Positions 24,790 to 38,054 of a stretch of DNA of 64,000 bases are shown here, piece after piece (position 1 is the stretch's first letter; each line of letters opens with the position of its first letter). The notes beneath the pieces are model-generated. The model worked only from the letters and a program-made list of their open reading frames with translations. It was not told the origin of the DNA and ran no database searches. A program made the position numbers and the translations under genes. The stretch is from Octopus sinensis (lineage: Eukaryota), in assembly GCF_006345805.1 (NCBI RefSeq), contig NC_043003.1, forward strand, positions 92,008,001 through 92,072,000, given 5' to 3'.

Positions 24790-25720
24790 AAAGGTGAGTT
24801 CAGAATTGGCTATCTGTGAGAAGTCTTGTATACTGATAACCTGGTTTTCATAGCTGAATCTTTAGAAGATTTAGTGAAGAAATCCTAACCATGAAAGCCA
24901 AGACCAGATTTGAGAGAGCTGAAAGTAAACTTAGCAATGACAACAGTTTTAGTTAGCAAGAAGGAAGACAGGATTCTGCTGCTATCTGAGAAGTGGCTTT
25001 GCTCAATAAATAGGAGGGAGGAATTCTATACACAATCATCGTTGTTTTAATGTCCATTATTCCATACCTGTATGGGTCGCAAAATTCATTGAGGCAGGTT
25101 TTCTATGGCTGATACTCTTCCTTAGTGCCAACCGCTTTATAGGGTGTATTGGATGCTCTTTTTCATTGCACCAACATTAGTGATGTTGCCATCTAGTTTG
25201 CAAGACTAAAAGCCCTGTCGACTTAGTTGAGAGTGAGGACAATCATAAAATAAATTCTTTCAAATACTTGGAAGGCTCCTAGGAGTAGTTGATAGCTTCT
25301 GGGGTATGATTGATAGTGGAGGTGGTTGCTCTGAAAACAGTAGATAGAGTAAGAATAGGGTGGAAAATATTTAGGGAACTATTTCCTTTGCTGGTAACAA
25401 AAGACTTGCCTTTCTTAGTGAAGGGTATATTTTATGAAACTTGTGTTCCCAGTGAATTATGGGTGGAGAATGTGTAAAGGCTGGAAAGAAAAGAGGGAGT
25501 ATTCTTTGCTGGATGTAAAATTTTATTGTGTATGAATAACAGAAAAAATTAAATGAGCTGAGGGGAAAACTTCGCAAAGAGAAATTAGATGTAGTGTGAA
25601 TGATATGCAGCTACACTGGTACAGGATGTGGTGTGTCTGGAGTATAGTGGAGGTGGTTGGGTAAAGAAAAAAGCGTTAAGTGATCCAAGTGGAAAGAATC
25701 TGAGGAAGATATGGGAGGTT
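24790..25720 (+). mobile_element. Decayed RTE-type LINE fragments
   Basis: LYTDNLVFIAES (YADD region), LKVNLAMTTVL, VVDSF; resembles the - strand copy at 43740-44430. Confidence 0.55.
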
Positions 25721-27049
25721 GGTTTAAAAAAATTTTTTTTGAATATCAATATTTACTTTGTTTACTGATTTCATATTTTGAATTAAATTCATTGAAAAGA
25801 GAGTAATAATAGTTACTAATTTTGGAACACACCAGCGATACAGCAGTCTAGTTTCTTTTAGCTAGTAATAGTGATTTTGTTTCTTAATTCACCAAACATC
25901 TGATATCTGTTTCAAGGGATGTTAGTAATTTTTTCTTGAACAAAGTCCGCAATTTAGTCCTAGTTAGCAATTTTCTTGTTGTAGTTACTCTTACATCTTA
26001 GGCATTATAGTTGTGTGTAATAGAAGAAAATGTTGCTTTCTAAATTTATCTCCTCATGGTCTGTGATGATTCAGGTACTCAGCTTCCTTCTCTTGCTTCA
26101 CTTACCTGGAAACAAATCAGTTAAGAAATTATCTTTTACTTTATTTCAGTCATTAGACTGTGACCGTGCTGGGACATTGCTTTGAAGAATTTTAGTTGAA
26201 TGAATCGACCCTGGTACTTATTTTTTAAAGCCTGGTACTTTCTTCTATCAGTCTCTTTTGCTGAACTGTTGAGTTACGCAGATGTAAACACACCAACACT
26301 GGTTGTCAAGCGGTAGTGGGTGGTGGGACAAATAAACATGTACAAATATATATAAGCATGCACATGCACTGCAGCCTTTGTGTGTGTGTGTGTGTGATTA
26401 AGAAGTTTACTTCCCAATCTTGTGGTTTCAGGTTCAATCCCATTGTGCCTTAACTTGGTCAAGTGTCTTCTACTATAGCTTGAGTCAGACTGGATTGATA
26501 GAAACTGAAAAAAGCTCATTGTATGTATGCCTGTGTGATTTTGTGTTTGAGTCCTTTGTCTTAATATCTGTCATACAAACAGTGCCATTATTTCCAATCT
26601 TCTGTAGAAATCATGTCTGGTCATGGAGACATATTACCTTGTTTGGAAACAAGTGAGCATTGGTGGCAGGAAGAGCATCCAGCTGTAGAAAATCTACCTC
26701 AACAATATTCCATCTGACTCATGCAAGCATAGAAAAGGGAGCTTGTATGTAGTTGCTAGACATGTTAGATATAGTTGCTAAATCATTTTCAATCATATCC
26801 TGTTGTCTCAAAAAGAAGTAAAAAAAGGCTCCCTTGGATGATGTAGTCTTAGGTATGTTAATTATTCTTTGATTTTAGGCTAAACAAGAAAAAGAAGAGA
26901 GATAGTGGCTTGTTAAATTAACTGGCAGTTAGACACTTGTGGATGTCTCTTTGTTTTGACAAAATGTTGCAAAATGACAAATGTACTCATTTCAATACCT
27001 TATATATAATGTTAAAATCACAGCTGTTTACTACATTTTCCTAGTCACA

Positions 27050-27965
27050 CAGACCAGCAAAAGAAATGCTTTTCTGTTGTCCAAAAATTTGGTCTTGAAC
27101 TAGGGGTTTTTTTGACATACAATCTGAAAATGACATCCAAGTTCTATCAATAGTCTGTCATCATAAGTAAGTCCCATCTGCCTCGATATTCTTTCTTCCA
27201 TTGATTTTATGTCCTGGCAGAAACATTCTGCCTGCTCATCATTTGTGACACCAAGATTTTCAGGGAATTTATCAAGGTGACTACGGAGACAGTGCAACTT
27301 TATGCTCATCATATTTGCTCCCAACTTTTGAAAGTTCTGCAGCATGTTGTTGAATATTTTGACATAGTTACCTGCTTTCTTGTTGCCCAGAAAGTCATTT
27401 ACAACTCTTACAAATGAATTTCATGCTGCTGCTTCAATGCAATTCATTGAATTTACAAAGTTCCCATCTTTCTTCATTTTTCTGATTTCAAACCCATCAA
27501 ATACTCCAGCTTTTATCTTTTCACTGTTCAAACTGGGAAATGTGCTGCAGATATTGTGAAAGTATGGTCCATCTTTATCCAAAGCTTTAACAAACTGCTT
27601 CATAATGCCAAATTTCATATGGAATGAAGGTAGGATGATTTTTCCTGGTTGAACTAAAGGCTCTTCAACCTCATTAAAAGACCCTAGAACTGATGTTTGC
27701 TGCAGCTATACTTTCATCACCTAACATTTCCCCCTTACCCCATTCATAAAAAGCATGGATATTTGGTGTATCCACTTTGTTGTCCCAGGAGAAAATTGAC
27801 CATCTTAAAGTTCACACATATCACCCACTGATGATTAGTGGGTTTGGGTGTCTTGAAAACTAAATGTGATTGTAAAAAATGGATTCCTTTTTGGGATTCA
27901 GTATATAAAAAAACCCTTCAAATTACATAAAAATATTCTATCAACAAAGTACCTGTTGAGTTGTG
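27050..27965 (-). mobile_element. Chapaev3/CMC-like DNA transposase remnant
   Basis: IILPSFHMKFGIMKQFVKALDK, KIKAGVFDG, MSIKLHCLRSHLDKFPENLGVTNDEQAECFCQDIKSME match the LPPLHIKLG / LHSHLD-FP-NLG-SDE-GERFHQD signature. Superfamily assignment is from memory. Confidence 0.7.
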
Positions 27966-28155
27966 TTATTATTAATTATTTGTATATCATAGTACATGCT
28001 GCTGTACATTAAATTCATTTTTGCTAATTAAACCTGAACTAATTTTTGATACTAACCCACTATACTTTTGTAACCCACTATAATTTTTGTAACTTACCTT
28101 GTATTACCAACCTACCTTAAATTGCCCTTACTTCTATGATACAAACTTAAAGTGA

Positions 28156-31100
28156 TCTCTATATATAAACGGCAAAATGTCTGTGTGTGTGTCCTTTATA
28201 CAAATCCACAATTTTTCAATTAGAAGGCTCGCACTTTCTAGGGTCATTCAAAACCGTCCAAGAGTGGTAGTGCACATTTTTACATTTCCCCAGTCACCCC
28301 GCAAAGCCATTAAAAATCAATAGTAGTGACTATTTGTGAATTTTCTATCCAAAACCCAATCAAAATGCCTGAAACTTGATACGCCAATTGAATGCCAGCT
28401 GGCTGTATGTGATTGGTCGGAGATTTGGACAGTACTCGCGTGTATGTGCGCATGCACGCAGCTGTATATGCATGCATGACTCAATGCACAAACTAAGAGG
28501 CCAGTACACGTTTTGAGTAATGCCTAAATAATTGCCTAAATCGATTTTCAGTATTTTTTTGAGTATTTTTTAACATAAGGAAACATTTTTTCGTTTAAAA
28601 AAGTGTGGTATTGTTTGTTGGGAATTAGTTACCTCAGTTCACATAACCAAACCCATTTCCGGTTCACCTACATTTTGTTGATTAACTAAAATGCCCCCAA
28701 AAAAGAGAACTCGCATTGGGAGAAGGACGGCTGATTCAGAGGCTAAGAGGGCCAGAAGGGCCAATGAAAAGCCCCAAGACAGATCTATTTGATTAGCTCG
28801 GAATGCTGCTGCCATGGCCACCACAAGGGCTGCTGAAACTCCAGAACAAACACAGGCCTGCTGTTCTCAGAATGCTGCTGCCATGGCCATTGCGCGATCA
28901 ACAGAAAGCCCCAAGCGGAGGCGCACAAGGATGCAGGCTACAACTGCACGACAAGAGGAAAAGATTACAATTTCAAGCCCAAAGCCTAAATTCTGGGGCA
29001 TGAAGGCCTTCAACTATGTTCCGACGATGAATTACTCCTCTTGCACCGACATTCGTATTGGAAATATGCGCTCAATCTGCGAGCACTGCAACGCTATGAA
29101 CTGGCCTAGTGTAACGTCCGGCATGTGCTGTTCCAATGGCAAAGTCCAGCTCCCTCCTCTTCGAAACCCTCCACAGCCTCTTTGGGACCTTCTCGCTGAC
29201 ACTGCACCAAGATCATTGGACTTCCTACAAGCCATTCAGACCTACAATTCTGCATTCCAGATGACTTCTTTCGGCGCCAAAGTTGTCCGAGAACAAGGGT
29301 GGATGCCAACATTCAAAGTTCAAGGGCAGGTGTACCACCTGATTGGATCTTTGCTTCCAAGAGACAACAACTCACCGGCGTTTTTGCAGTTATACTTCAT
29401 CTCCGACTACGATAGGCAGGCCACTGCTAGAGAAGCCTTCTTCCCACAGCGCAGAGGCAACAACCAAGACACTCCAACTTTCAACAGAGAGGTTCTTCTG
29501 GGGCTTCAAAATATGCTCCATAACAACAACACGTATATTACGAGCTTGAAGTACGCCCTGGAATCAATGGATTCACCCAACTTCAAAATCATCATTGATG
29601 CCGACAGTCGACTGTCTGGCGAACATCTTGGCCGATACAATGTTCCCACGTGCAATGAGGTGGCAGTTCTTCTGCATGGAGACCAATCCAACCCAAGAGA
29701 CGTAGTCATTGCAAAACGTGGTGGTGGCCTTCAGAGGATTCGGGAAACCCATCACTCCTATGACGTGTTACAATACCCACTACTTTTTGCCTACGGAGAA
29801 GATCAGTACCATTTCGGGATTCATCAGGGAAAATGAACCCAAACTCCTGGATGATCAACGGCAGGCATACGATATTGTCATTCATGCCGTCAATCAAGGA
29901 TCAGGTGGAATTTTCTTTCTCGATGCTCCTGGGGGCACTGGCAAAACTTTTGTAACTAAATTAATTCTTGCCCAGGTTCATCGGGACAAGAAAATTGCAC
30001 TGGCCGTGGCAATCTCTGGCCTCGTGACTACGTTGCTCCTGGGTCAGCACATTCTACATTTAAACTGCCTTTGGATTTTGTAAGGTCCGAGGCTACAACA
30101 TGTAATATTAAAAAAAATTCAGATAAAGCAGACGTCCTGAAATGTTGTCATTTGATCGTATTGGATGAGTGCACCATGGCACATAAGGGTGCTCTTGAGC
30201 TGTGGATAGGTGACTTCCGGCGACTTCCGCCAAACACTTCCCATCATCCCCAAGGGTACCAGGGCTGATGAGGTCCAAGCGTGCCTAAAGTCTTCTGAGT
30301 TGTGGACAAAAGTGGATACATATCGGTTAGAAACAAACATGTGCGCCCACTTACTCGCTGATGCAACCTCTGCATCGTTGACCTTTTAGACCTTGGGGAA
30401 GGGAAGGTTCCCAAAAATGATAAAAGTGAAATCTCCATCTCACACCTTTGCAGTTCAGTTGAACGCCCTTCCAACCTCTATGACTTGGTTTTGCCGGATT
30501 TGCAAAACAAGTATGCCGACATGGCATATCTCAGCAAAAGAGCCATCTTGGCTCCCAAAAACGTTTCCTTAGATGACATCAACGAACAACTCCTCAACCG
30601 AATTCAGCATGAGAAACGTGTCTACAAGTCAATTGACAGAATCCCAGACCCACAGGAAGCTGCCCAAATCCCGATCGAGTTGTTGCACGCTTTGATGCAA
30701 TCAGGGCTTCCACCTCACACTCTGTGGCTGAGAGTGGGCTATCCCATTGTGCTAATCTGGCATTTGCGTCCGCCGACACAGTGCAACGGCACGCGATTGG
30801 TCGTCAAGTTATTGTCCAATGACTTGATTGAAGCGATCATCATAATGGGACAAGGAAAGGGGGGAAAACCGTCTTCATTGTAAGAATGGACATATTTTCT
30901 GCACCATCAGACATTTCCTTTACTTTCTGCCGGACGCAATTTCCGGTGAAGCTTTGCTTTGCAATGTCAATTAACAAATCGCAGGGACAAACACTCTCAG
31001 TCGCGGGAGTACATTTGGGCGAGCCTTGCTTTTCACATGGGCAACTTTATGTTGCCTGCTCCCGTGTTGGAAGTAAGAATGCCCTGTTTGTATATGCCCC

Positions 31101-31199
31101 TGAGGGTAAAACCAGAAATATTGTTTACCCCGAGGTTTTGCAAGACCAAATGATTATAAACTAGCACTATGACCTGGCAACGCCAGGTCATAGTGCTAG
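28156..31199 (+). mobile_element. Helitron, internally deleted
   Basis: A|TC..CTAG|T termini with 3' palindrome; Zn-finger (CEHC..GMCCSNG), YNSAFQMTSFG, QGQVYH, QYPLLF; Pif1 motifs DAPGGTGKT, DECTM, GDFR, RAILAPKN, CNGTRL, FAMSINKSQGQT, HGQLYVACSR. Confidence 0.95.
28691..31164 (+). pseudogene. Disrupted Helitron RepHel ORF (N-terminus fused to Pif1 helicase, Rep core absent)
   Basis: MPPKKRTRIGRR start at 28691 is in frame with 28814-29836 through one stop; frameshifts in the helicase. Confidence 0.85.
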
Positions 31200-32543
31200 T
31201 CTAAAGTAAAACTTTCCATAAAAATTCCAGGTTAATTTATATTCCAAACACCAGCTTAATTATGATGAGTTATTTTACTAAAGATTTTGTTATTTTCAAA
31301 ATTAATTGAAACAAAGGTGGTGTATTTCAATAGAAATAAGGTTAAACTGTTGACTCTGATCTAAGGTATTCCAACCATGACCATTCTGTTTTTTACCCCA
31401 TGTACAGAAAACCTAGCACTAGATGATATAGAAAGAATATCACAAAATACAATGGAATTATATATGTGTCTGTGTATGTGTGTGAATTGCAGATTGAAAC
31501 AGATTTTTCTTAGAGAAAGGAAATCCCCTTTTAGCGAACACTTTTGTGCTAAAAAATTTATTAAAACAATAAACTTACTTAGAGAAGGCACATGGCCTAG
31601 TTGTTAGGGTGTTGGACTCATGATTGTAAGTTCATAATTTCAATTCCCAGACTGGGCAGTATGTTGTGTTTTTGAGCAGAATGCTTCATTTCACATTGCT
31701 TCAGTCCACTCAGCTGAAAATGAGCTGCTGCAACAGCTTATAAAGACCGTCATCTTGTTCAGAAGAGATGAAACCTAATGAATCTGTAGATTCACGATAG
31801 ATCTAGTTACCTACTTAATACCTGTTACTTGCTATTTTATTTTATCAACCTTGAGAGGATGAAGGCAAAGTTGACCACTGGGATTTCAAATCAGATCTTG
31901 AAAAGCCATTTCCAGAATGATGTAAGGCATTTTGTCCAATGCTCTACTGATTATGCTAAACAACAACAATAATTGTTATTATTTTAAAACTCTCATGTAA
32001 CTAGTGAGCATGGAAGCTGAAACACATCTGATGTTCTCTTGAGTCACTGCTAGAATGATGTTTGTCTTGCTTTGACATGTATATTGTTTTTAACACAGCA
32101 TGTCTATGAAGAGATTTTATCCCTGACAAAAACTGCAAACCCCCTTCTACACTTTTATCCCTCATCTCTTAGTGTAAAGCTTTCACCTCAGGGTTTGTAA
32201 TCTTACCAGCTGCATGGTGACCTCACTAGTGTTAATGGAATGAAAACAGCATCCATTACACACTTTGAAGTGGGTGGCATTAAGGAGGTTATCCTGCTGT
32301 TGAAACCATGCCAAAGCAGACATGGGAGTATGATACAGGCCTTGGGCCTGTCAGATCCTGTCAAATTGTCCAGCCCATGTCAACGTGAAACATGAACGTT
32401 AATTGATGATGATGATGATTCAAACTGACAAAAATGTGACTGAAACATGGTTGATATTTCATTTGTATCCATTTCCCTGTACTTTTTTGATATGATAAGG
32501 GCTTTTAATTGACATTTCATATATTATTGTTTTTTTTTATCAG

Positions 32544-32642
32544 GATAGTTTCAGCTGAAACGACACTTGATACACTAAAGAACACTTAACATCACTTGAA
32601 GTAGCTTTCTAAAATAATTAAAACAACCTTTATTTATTCTTG
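32544..32642 (+). other. Candidate internal non-coding exon of the zinc-finger gene
   Basis: Strong acceptor TTTTTTTTTATCAG| and donor TTG|GTAAAT around 99 bp of non-repetitive sequence. Confidence 0.4.
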
Positions 32643-33838
32643 GTAAATTATTGTTACTTAAGTAGTCCATTTGTTCTTGTTAATAAGCATGTATATAGAA
32701 TGTGCCAGTCACTGTTTTCTTACTTGAAGAATCTCATTTATAGCACATTTAATATATACCTATATATATATATACACACATTAGGTAGCCAATAGAGTCT
32801 TTAGAGTACTAGTTAAATTGCTTTGCTCTGGTTCTCTGCATTCTGAGTTCAGTTCGATCTGAGGTCAATTTTACCTTTCATCCTTTCAGGGTTGCTAAAA
32901 TATCGGCTTGGTATTGGTGCTGGTTCTTCTCTGTCTCTTTCATATTCTTTTCCTGTGGTTGTGATAAGACCTGGAGAGGGATGGGTTCTGTCAGGTCTAA
33001 AATGTCTTGAAGACATGCTGTAGGCTTATGATGATACTCTTATGCCTCCATCTAGGGGAGCTGAAGTTTTAAGGTAAGGTATATTGTTACAAGTTTACCA
33101 TCGATTTTCAGGTATCTTTTATTCCAAAGACATCCCTGTCACATTCATAATTCATCTCTAATCTACTGAATATACATTGATTACTAATTATAGCACACAG
33201 CTTACTTACCAAAATGCTATGGTTTTATTTTTTTACAACAGTTCTACTTGTTTTGAATGTATATGAATTGTCGTTTACATTTGACATTACCACTGCTGCT
33301 CTCAGTTCTCTTGCTTGTAGTAGCCATAGCTAAGATCAACTTTAAGCTAAATAAGTAGAGGAGCTCTCAAAATTTTGGTATAGCCACTAACAAGTGCAGT
33401 GTAGATAATGTCTGTAAACACACTACACACAAAGCCACTTGTGGTCTTGCAGTGAACTAAACTAGTGGCCAGGGGAATTTCAAGTTCCCTAATTAGTCTG
33501 AGTTAAAGGAGGTGCCGGACCATCAGTTGACAGAAAATTGGTGGTGTACCTGTATATACATACATGCTTGTATGCATGCATACATACATACATACATACG
33601 TGTGTGTGTGTAAGAATTAGTGTTGGTATAGAGGCAATCTCTAAGAGTGTTAAACCTGTGACCCACTCTTGGTTTATGGTTGCAGCCATTTAACATCTTT
33701 AACACTCTCAAGGAAAGTTTGAGGATCTTACAATCTCATTCCTCTTTGGCTAGACATTTGAGACCTGTACCTACAATTTAAGAGCACATTTTAAGAATCA
33801 ATTGGAATAAGAAGTATAAACCAAATCCCTGTCAAACT

Positions 33839-34224
33839 GTTTTTCTTTCCTTCACATACAAAGTAAACGAAATAATTACTAGTCATACACAGCAATTTAT
33901 TGTATCAACTACATTACCACTGATAGAAAAACCTCCATTAATCTGTAGCACCATGTACCTCTACCCATACAGGGTAATCTTTCTTGTGGCAATGACATCC
34001 TAAACAAGAATGACAGTTCATCACATACATCACACCTGCATGTGCTTTCAGACGTCGACATTCCAGTGCTTTTATGCTTTGACCCTTCACTACTCTAGAG
34101 TTCATTTCTATTGCCCCTGTCATGATGTGTTGGTGGTGCTTCTCTACTTCATGCAGTCAACTACAAGTCTCTCAGCACTTAATGTCAGTCAAGAACCTTC
34201 ATGTCTCTCTTGCAGATATTAATT
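33839..34224 (-). repeat. Inverted near-identical duplicate of 35476-35865
   Basis: Reverse-complement match over about 390 bp; I see only two 2-bp indels; mirrored ORFs in the track. Confidence 0.92.
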
Positions 34225-34569
34225 AAATTTTATTAAAAGGTATGTGAATATCTTTATGCGAATGGTTATAGTTGGTAGAATTGATTTTGTATATTTCTAC
34301 TGTTGGAGGCCCTAGTCGAATGAAAAGGGAATTGCCAGTTTGAGTTAAGCATTAAGTTCAACAGTACCCTTTCTGCTAAATTTCTGCCCTTTTATTGTTT
34401 TAGTTTGACTAGGTATGTGATTGATTTTTTTTTTTACTCTAATTTGCCTACTTTGGAGTGGTAGTTAGTCTGCTTTATCATTTCTGTTGACTTAATGTTC
34501 TTGGTTATCTGGTTAGCTAAAATTAATTTCTTACACTGAAAGGTCATTGGATATGAGAAGTGTAGAGAA

Positions 34570-35725
34570 TGGTAAGTGCCCCTGTTTGTCATTTGCATTG
34601 ACCTAACCAAGGCATTGATCTGGTTAGCAGAGAAAGACTTTTCCCACTTCTTCTAGACATATGCCAGCTGCCAAAAGTGTAGAGGTTGACTGTCTCTTTC
34701 CACAACAACATTACAAGAACAATGTAGTTCAGTAGCAACTTCTCCATGCCTCTTGACATATGCAGTAAAACCAAGCAAACATGTGTTCTTGTCCTTATGT
34801 TCTTTGGGGTTTTCTTGCTTCTGAAACATGCTTTTGGTACTGCAACAAAGGAAGTTTATCTCTACATCAATTCTGATAGTAGGTGGGTTTCCAATCTTGC
34901 CTGTCCCAGATTGGAAACCAATATCTGCAAAAACCTTCATTAGAGACACCCTATTGCTAATGATGTAGCACTTAGAACCCACATTCAACAACCACTTCAG
35001 ACACTAGTATATCATTTTTCCCTAACCTGCAAAGACTTTGGACTGACTGTCAGCTTGAAGACAGGACACTGAAAGTCTGTCAGTCATTACCGTCAACAGC
35101 TATGAACCAGATGTTGTCCTCTAGATCACCTGTTTCAGACTGACATCTTGGATACAGAAATCGATAAGAGAATTCAAAATGCAGCAACTACATTGCCCGT
35201 TCCACCAAACTAACAATTAAGACTAAGATGACAGTATGTATGCACAGTAGGAGAGAAGAGTCAGCTCTTTCCATTTGAATAGTGTCTGTCACATCTTGAG
35301 GATTTCATAGCAAGACAAAGTAATTTGCTGGGTGAAAATATTGGGGTTTCCACCTGTACTAGCTTCATCAGGATGCACACTGCTCATTTGGGGCCATGTC
35401 CATTGTGGATGGTTGCATCTTTAAATGGAATTGGAAAATGGATGGAGAACAACAAGCCATCCCTAACAGAGCTACAATTAATATCTGCAAGAGAGACATG
35501 AAGGTTCTTGACTGACATTAAGTGCTGAGAGACTCTTGTAGTTGACTGCATGAAGTAGAGAAGCACCACCAACACATCATGACAGGGGCAATAGAAATGA
35601 ACTCTAGAGTAGTGAAGGGTCAAAGCATAAAAGCACTGGAATGTCGACGTCTGAAAGCACATGCAGGTGTGATGTATGTGATGAACTGTCATTCTTGTTT
35701 AGGATGTCATTGCCACAAGAAAGAT
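34570..35725 (+). mobile_element. Old RTE (BovB-like) LINE RT fossil
   Basis: IDLTKA.DLVSR, TKQTCVL..FFGVF, FGTATKEVYL..SD, EIDKRIQNAA, CKRDMK, terminal CHSCLGCHCH. Confidence 0.72.
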
Positions 35726-36118
35726 TACCCTGTATGGGTAGAGAGGTACATGGTGCTACAGATTAATGGAGGTTTTTCTATCAGTGGTAATGTAGTTGAT
35801 ACAATAAATTGCTGTGTATGACTAGTAATTATTTCGTTTACTTTGTATGTGAAGGAAAGAAAAACCTGACTTCAGTGGCATTTGAACTCAAAATGCAGAG
35901 GGATGAAACTAAGTATTCTAAGTTGGTAACATAGCTAAAGAAGAGGCAAGCAAAGAGGTGGTCCACATGGCAATTTTTTTAATGTTTTGTTTGTGTTGGA
36001 CATGTAGAAAACTCAAGGGCCACCCTAGGTGGTAGAAACTAAATGCACCTCAATGTTGTTGGGTTGGATGTTTCTTGCTCTTCCACATTCCTTGGCTGTC
36101 TCTTAGTATTGTTTTGAT

Positions 36119-36361
36119 CAGTGTTTCTCAACCAATTTTTTTCCTACGGACCCTCTTGATTCATGTTTCACTCTGATGGACCCTTGAAACCATTCAATGC
36201 TTAAAAATCCTATTGTTATTAAATATTATTAGGAAATGTATAAAAAAATTTAAATATTTTGTGCATTGTAGAAGAATAACGAATTTATTGCCCATAAATT
36301 TTAACAACAAATTCTTATATGAACCCCCAAGGGTCATGTGGACCCCAATTGAGAACCACTG
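36119..36361. mobile_element. hAT-Charlie-type MITE
   Basis: CAGTGTTTCTCAA..TTGAGAACCACTG TIR; 8-bp TSD GTTTTGAT / GTTTAGAT. Confidence 0.85.
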
Positions 36362-36930
36362 GTTTAGATAAAAAAGAAGTTTCTACAACTGAGACCTGCT
36401 AGTCTATGAAACTAAACTTAATACATTTAATAACTGATTATTAAAGTAACAAGTTCATAACCTCAAAAACCTGGTCAATAAAATAACAAATTTACAAATT
36501 TTAAATTACTATAGAATAGTTCTTTTTCTGTGTTGCAATTATCTTCCTTAAATTGAATTACCTTTGTACTTGTTTAAATTTCATTTTGGACACGAAAAGT
36601 AGAGTTGACTACATTTAATATTTTCAGCTAAATGTTAAAAATTTAGGATTATGAAGAATTTAGTTGTGCTCCTAATTTTATATTAATTCTATATCGCTTT
36701 GTTTAAATTGGTGCAAAGTGGCATATTTAGAAAAAACTTTTAATAATGGTTTCTCATATTACAAGGTCATACATTTGCACTTGGTTGAATCTATCCTGGT
36801 ACATACACCATCTGAGAGAAAGCAGACAATATTGAGCTTCCATTTAAATTCAGTTGCAGAAGGAAAAAAATTGATAAATAAAATTTAAAAAAAACCCCAA
36901 AAACTGAAAAGCATTTGCTCTGGGAATTTG

Positions 36931-36979
36931 GTTGAAAGTATCGATTCTCGTCCGATCACCGAAGTTAAGCAACGTTGAG
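36931..36979 (+). pseudogene. 5S rRNA fragment (5' half only)
   Basis: GTTGAAAGTATCGATTCTCGTCCGATCACCGAAGTTAAGCAACGTTGAG matches invertebrate 5S nt about 18-66; the 3' half with box C is absent. Confidence 0.8.
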
Positions 36980-37254
36980 TTTTGTGCTCCATCTATGCGG
37001 TTCAAGGAATAAAACAAAAGCTATCTGTTACTTCCCCTTCTCCAAACAAAATGAAAATACAACAAAATTATCAATTGTTTTATGATTTTTTTTATATGAA
37101 ATGCTATGTATATGTAAGGGACTTAACTCATGTTTTGTATTTTAAAAATATTCTTACTTGTCTCTCTTTGACTATTTCTAAATACGAATTATGTGTACGT
37201 ATGTTTCTCACAACTCCTCTCTATATACTATATATCTATTACCTATATAGTATA

Positions 37255-37628
37255 TCTCTCTCTATATATGAACGGCAAAATGTCTGTCTGTGTGTGTGCG
37301 TGTCCTTTATACAAATCCACAAATTTTCAGTTAGGGAGCTCGCACTTTCTATGGTCATTCCAAATCGTCCAAGGGTGGTCGTGCACATCTTTACATTTCC
37401 CCAGTCACCCCGCAAAGCCATTAAAAAATCAATAAAAGTGACTTTTTTGTGAATTTTCTATCCAAAACCCAATCAAAATGCCTGAAACTTGATACGCCAA
37501 TTGAATGCCAGCTAGCTGTATGTGATTGGTTGGAGATTTGGACAGTACTCGCGTGTATGTGCGCACGCATGCAGCTGTATATGCGTGCACTAGCACTATG
37601 ACCCAGCAACGCCGGGTCATAGTGCTAG
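37255..37628 (+). mobile_element. Non-autonomous mini-Helitron of the same family as 28156-31199
   Basis: First ~330 bp match the 5' end of the large element and join directly to the same 3' palindrome ending CTAG|T. Confidence 0.93.
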
Positions 37629-37783
37629 TGTATATATCTAGTATATAGTGCCAATATATAATCCTGGACCGGGCTGCGTGTTGTGTTCTTGAGCAAGACA
37701 CTTTATTTCACATTGCTCCAGCTGTAGAAATGAGTTGCGATATCACTGGTGCCAAGCTGTATTGGCCTTTGCCTTTTAGTTGG

Positions 37784-37786
37784 ATA

Positions 37787-37832
<46 letters not shown>

Positions 37833-38019
37833 AATATATATATATGTATATATATTTATATGTATATATATGTGTGTGTGTGTGTGAATATATATATATG
37901 TATATATATTTATATGTATATATATGTGTGTGTGTGTGTGAATATATATGTATATATATATATGTGTGTGTGTGTGTATATATATATGTATATATATGTG
38001 TATATATTTGTTGAGTAAT

Positions 38020-38052
<33 letters not shown>
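37784..38052. repeat. (TA)n/(TG)n compound microsatellite with higher-order periodicity
   Basis: Direct reading. Confidence 0.9.
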
Positions 38053-38054
38053 AA

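Noticed and set aside
28814-29836. 340-aa ORF as a domesticated host gene or host PIF1
   Set aside because: Lies within intact Helitron termini, has an upstream in-frame stop and a frameshifted helicase.
33290-33530. Similarity to 50223-50480 as a duplicated exon
   Set aside because: Diverged, with no shared ORF or splice sites; best explained as a dispersed repeat.
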